NCBI GenBank assembly: GCA_003707115.1
Contig: PPNB01000033.1
Coordinates: 47,880-67,879 of the forward strand
From: Tortispora ganteri
Lineage: Eukaryota
Reading direction: 5' to 3'
Length of the DNA: 20,000 bases
Part shown: piece after piece, positions 18,310-20,000 of the stretch
Layout of the letters: every line of letters begins with the position of its first letter
Position numbering within the stretch: the first letter of the stretch is position 1
Made by a program: the position numbers and the translations under genes
The notes under the pieces: generated by a model
What the model was told of the DNA's origin: nothing
Seen by the model: the letters and a program-made list of their open reading frames with translations, nothing else
Database searches by the model: none

Positions 18310-20000
18310 ATGCTCTTCGATAAATTACTAAAAGCCGTCGATGATGAAAAAACCGCTGATATCACTGAAAACGAGTCTCTTCTTAAATTGCTGACTTTAA
18401 GGCAACTGGCGGCAATCGGTTTAGCATTGTTGAATCTTTCGGTGAGTAATGTACGGTCTGTTTTAGGCGGCAAACTGGAATTGCAACTTTCATGTTTTCC
18501 TGGTACATTCAAGGACTTAGACTCCTCCAATATATCGGTGGGTGATATAGTTAAGATCCAAAATTCGAAATCTGACCCTGGTTCTATGCCTTTCACGGCT
18601 GTAGTATCAAAAATTTCGTCGAGCTCTGTCTCTTTGATCTTGGACAGTGCAAATGACGCTGCAGCATTACCGGCAATAGATAATGGCGCCCCGTTGTCTA
18701 TTATAAAACTTGCCAATTCAATTACATACCAGAGAATGGAGCAGACTTTAACTACTTTAAGCAAATTACCATCTCAAACTCACCTTCAGCAAGTCGTTCT
18801 GGGTACGGCTCTTCCAATACAGCTTCTCGCTCTAGAACAAATCACTCCTTTTGACAGCGCAATCAACGATTCACAGTTAAATGCAGTGAAACATTCTATC
18901 CAATCAGAATTATCAATTATACATGGCCCTCCGGGTACCGGGAAGACTAACACCATGGTGGAAGTAATACGACAGTTAGTGCTAAACCACAACGAATCGG
19001 TTCTAGTCTGCGCACCTTCCAACGTCGCCGCCGATACGCTATTGGAACGCCTTAACCCTCATTTACCAATTAATTTGATTGTGCGTATTGGACATCCTGC
19101 CCGTGTACTTGATTCCGTCTTGTGTCATTCACTTGATATTGCTACGCAGTCATCAGATGGTGGCCTGCTCGTCAAGGATGTTAGGAACGAAATCCAACAG
19201 CAACTTATTAAACTAAAAAAAGCGCGTTATTCTCGCGAAAGGAAATCTATATACTCTGAGCTTAATATTCTCAGAAAGGAACTCCGGCGAAGAGAAGCAG
19301 CAGCCGTTCTATCTGTTCTGAAATCCGCAAAAGTTTTTGTCTCTACATTACACACGTCTGGTTCAAAATCACTTATTAATTGCAAAGAGATAAAGATTGA
19401 TACTATCATGATAGATGAGGTGTCTCAATCGCTTGAACCTCAGTGTTGGATCCCCTTGCTTAATTTCCCTACAGCTAAACGACTAGTACTTGCAGGAGAC
19501 AACAAGCAACTTCCCCCTACTCTGCATGTCAAAGAAAAATCTATATTGATACAGACCTTATTTGATCGTTTGGCGAAACTGCATAAAGACATCCTTAGAA
19601 TGCTACTGGTACAGTATCGCATGAATAGGACTATTATGGAGTTCCCTTCTAATGAATTTTACGGAGGAAACTTACAGGCAGACAAGTCTGTCGCCTTTCG
19701 TCTCTTGAAGGATTTGCCTGGAGTCGAAGAAGATATTGAAACCGCCACCCCTGTAAGGCTCATAGACACCCAGGGGGGGTACTACGATGAATGCGAGGGC
19801 TTGACATGGGACACTGGCTTTGCAAATGATAGTAAATGGAACTATGGAGAAGCACAATTGGCAGTTGAAGAAGTCATCAAGCTTCTCCATCTGGGAGTAA
19901 GTCCATGTGATATTGGCATCATAGCCCCCTACTCAGCACAAGTTCAGTTACTTAAGAAGCTGTTTGATGAAGATGAAAGAATATCTATCAACGGTTTAGA
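18310..20000 (+). CDS. HCS1: Upf1-like SF1 helicase Hcs1/IGHMBP2 (SMUBP-2), 3' end outside the window
   Basis: Hand translation from ATG 18310 (MLFDKLLKAVDDEKTADI...) shows Q motif INDSQLNAV, Walker A IHGPPGTGKT (GPPGTGKT from 18925), VLVCAPSNVAAD, VRIGHPAR, IDEVSQ (19411), LAGDNKQLPPT, QYRMN (19612) and IGIIAPYSAQV. The N-terminal GLALLNL...GGK and KLANSITYQRM are Hcs1-type. It is not in the ORF track. Confidence 0.93.
   Translation, partial: MLFDKLLKAVDDEKTADITENESLLKLLTLRQLAAIGLALLNLSVSNVRSVLGGKLELQLSCFPGTFKDLDSSNISVGDIVKIQNSKSDPGSMPFTAVVSKISSSSVSLILDSANDAAALPAIDNGAPLSIIKLANSITYQRMEQTLTTLSKLPSQTHLQQVVLGTALPIQLLALEQITPFDSAINDSQLNAVKHSIQSELSIIHGPPGTGKTNTMVEVIRQLVLNHNESVLVCAPSNVAADTLLERLNPHLPINLIVRIGHPARVLDSVLCHSLDIATQSSDGGLLVKDVRNEIQQQLIKLKKARYSRERKSIYSELNILRKELRRREAAAVLSVLKSAKVFVSTLHTSGSKSLINCKEIKIDTIMIDEVSQSLEPQCWIPLLNFPTAKRLVLAGDNKQLPPTLHVKEKSILIQTLFDRLAKLHKDILRMLLVQYRMNRTIMEFPSNEFYGGNLQADKSVAFRLLKDLPGVEEDIETATPVRLIDTQGGYYDECEGLTWDTGFANDSKWNYGEAQLAVEEVIKLLHLGVSPCDIGIIAPYSAQVQLLKKLFDEDERISINGL

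Noticed and set aside
18264..19890. Series of minus-strand ORFs at the right end
   Set aside because: Antisense to the HCS1 helicase reading frame, which carries all SF1 motifs up to the window edge.

Overview
Gene-dense fungal nuclear DNA, most likely an early-diverging budding yeast (inference). CTG reads as Leu at conserved positions, there is one short coding intron, and intergenic gaps run from 9 to about 410 bp. There are 13 protein-coding genes. In order: an ORF running off the left edge that the ORF track missed and that looks like a domesticated Mutator (MULE) transposase-derived DNA-binding protein; EDE1; a Pga1-like GPI factor; GET5/MDY2; UFD1; MAF1 (with a 56-nt intron); MCM2; UBR7/mlo2; a TTC36/HmgX-family TPR protein; 4-hydroxyphenylpyruvate dioxygenase (HPD); a divergent glutamate-cysteine ligase modifier subunit; BUD32; and a 3'-truncated HCS1/IGHMBP2 helicase, also missed by the track. 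Three things stand out: (1) the MULE-derived protein, with an extra N-terminal C4 zinc finger and an apparently dead catalytic core; (2) a TTC36/HmgX-HPD chaperone-plus-client two-gene module whose upstream regions both carry CGG/CCG arrays typical of Zn2Cys6 binding sites; (3) a head-to-head MCM2/UBR7 pair with MCB-like elements. All family calls are by-eye motif recognition; no searches were run.
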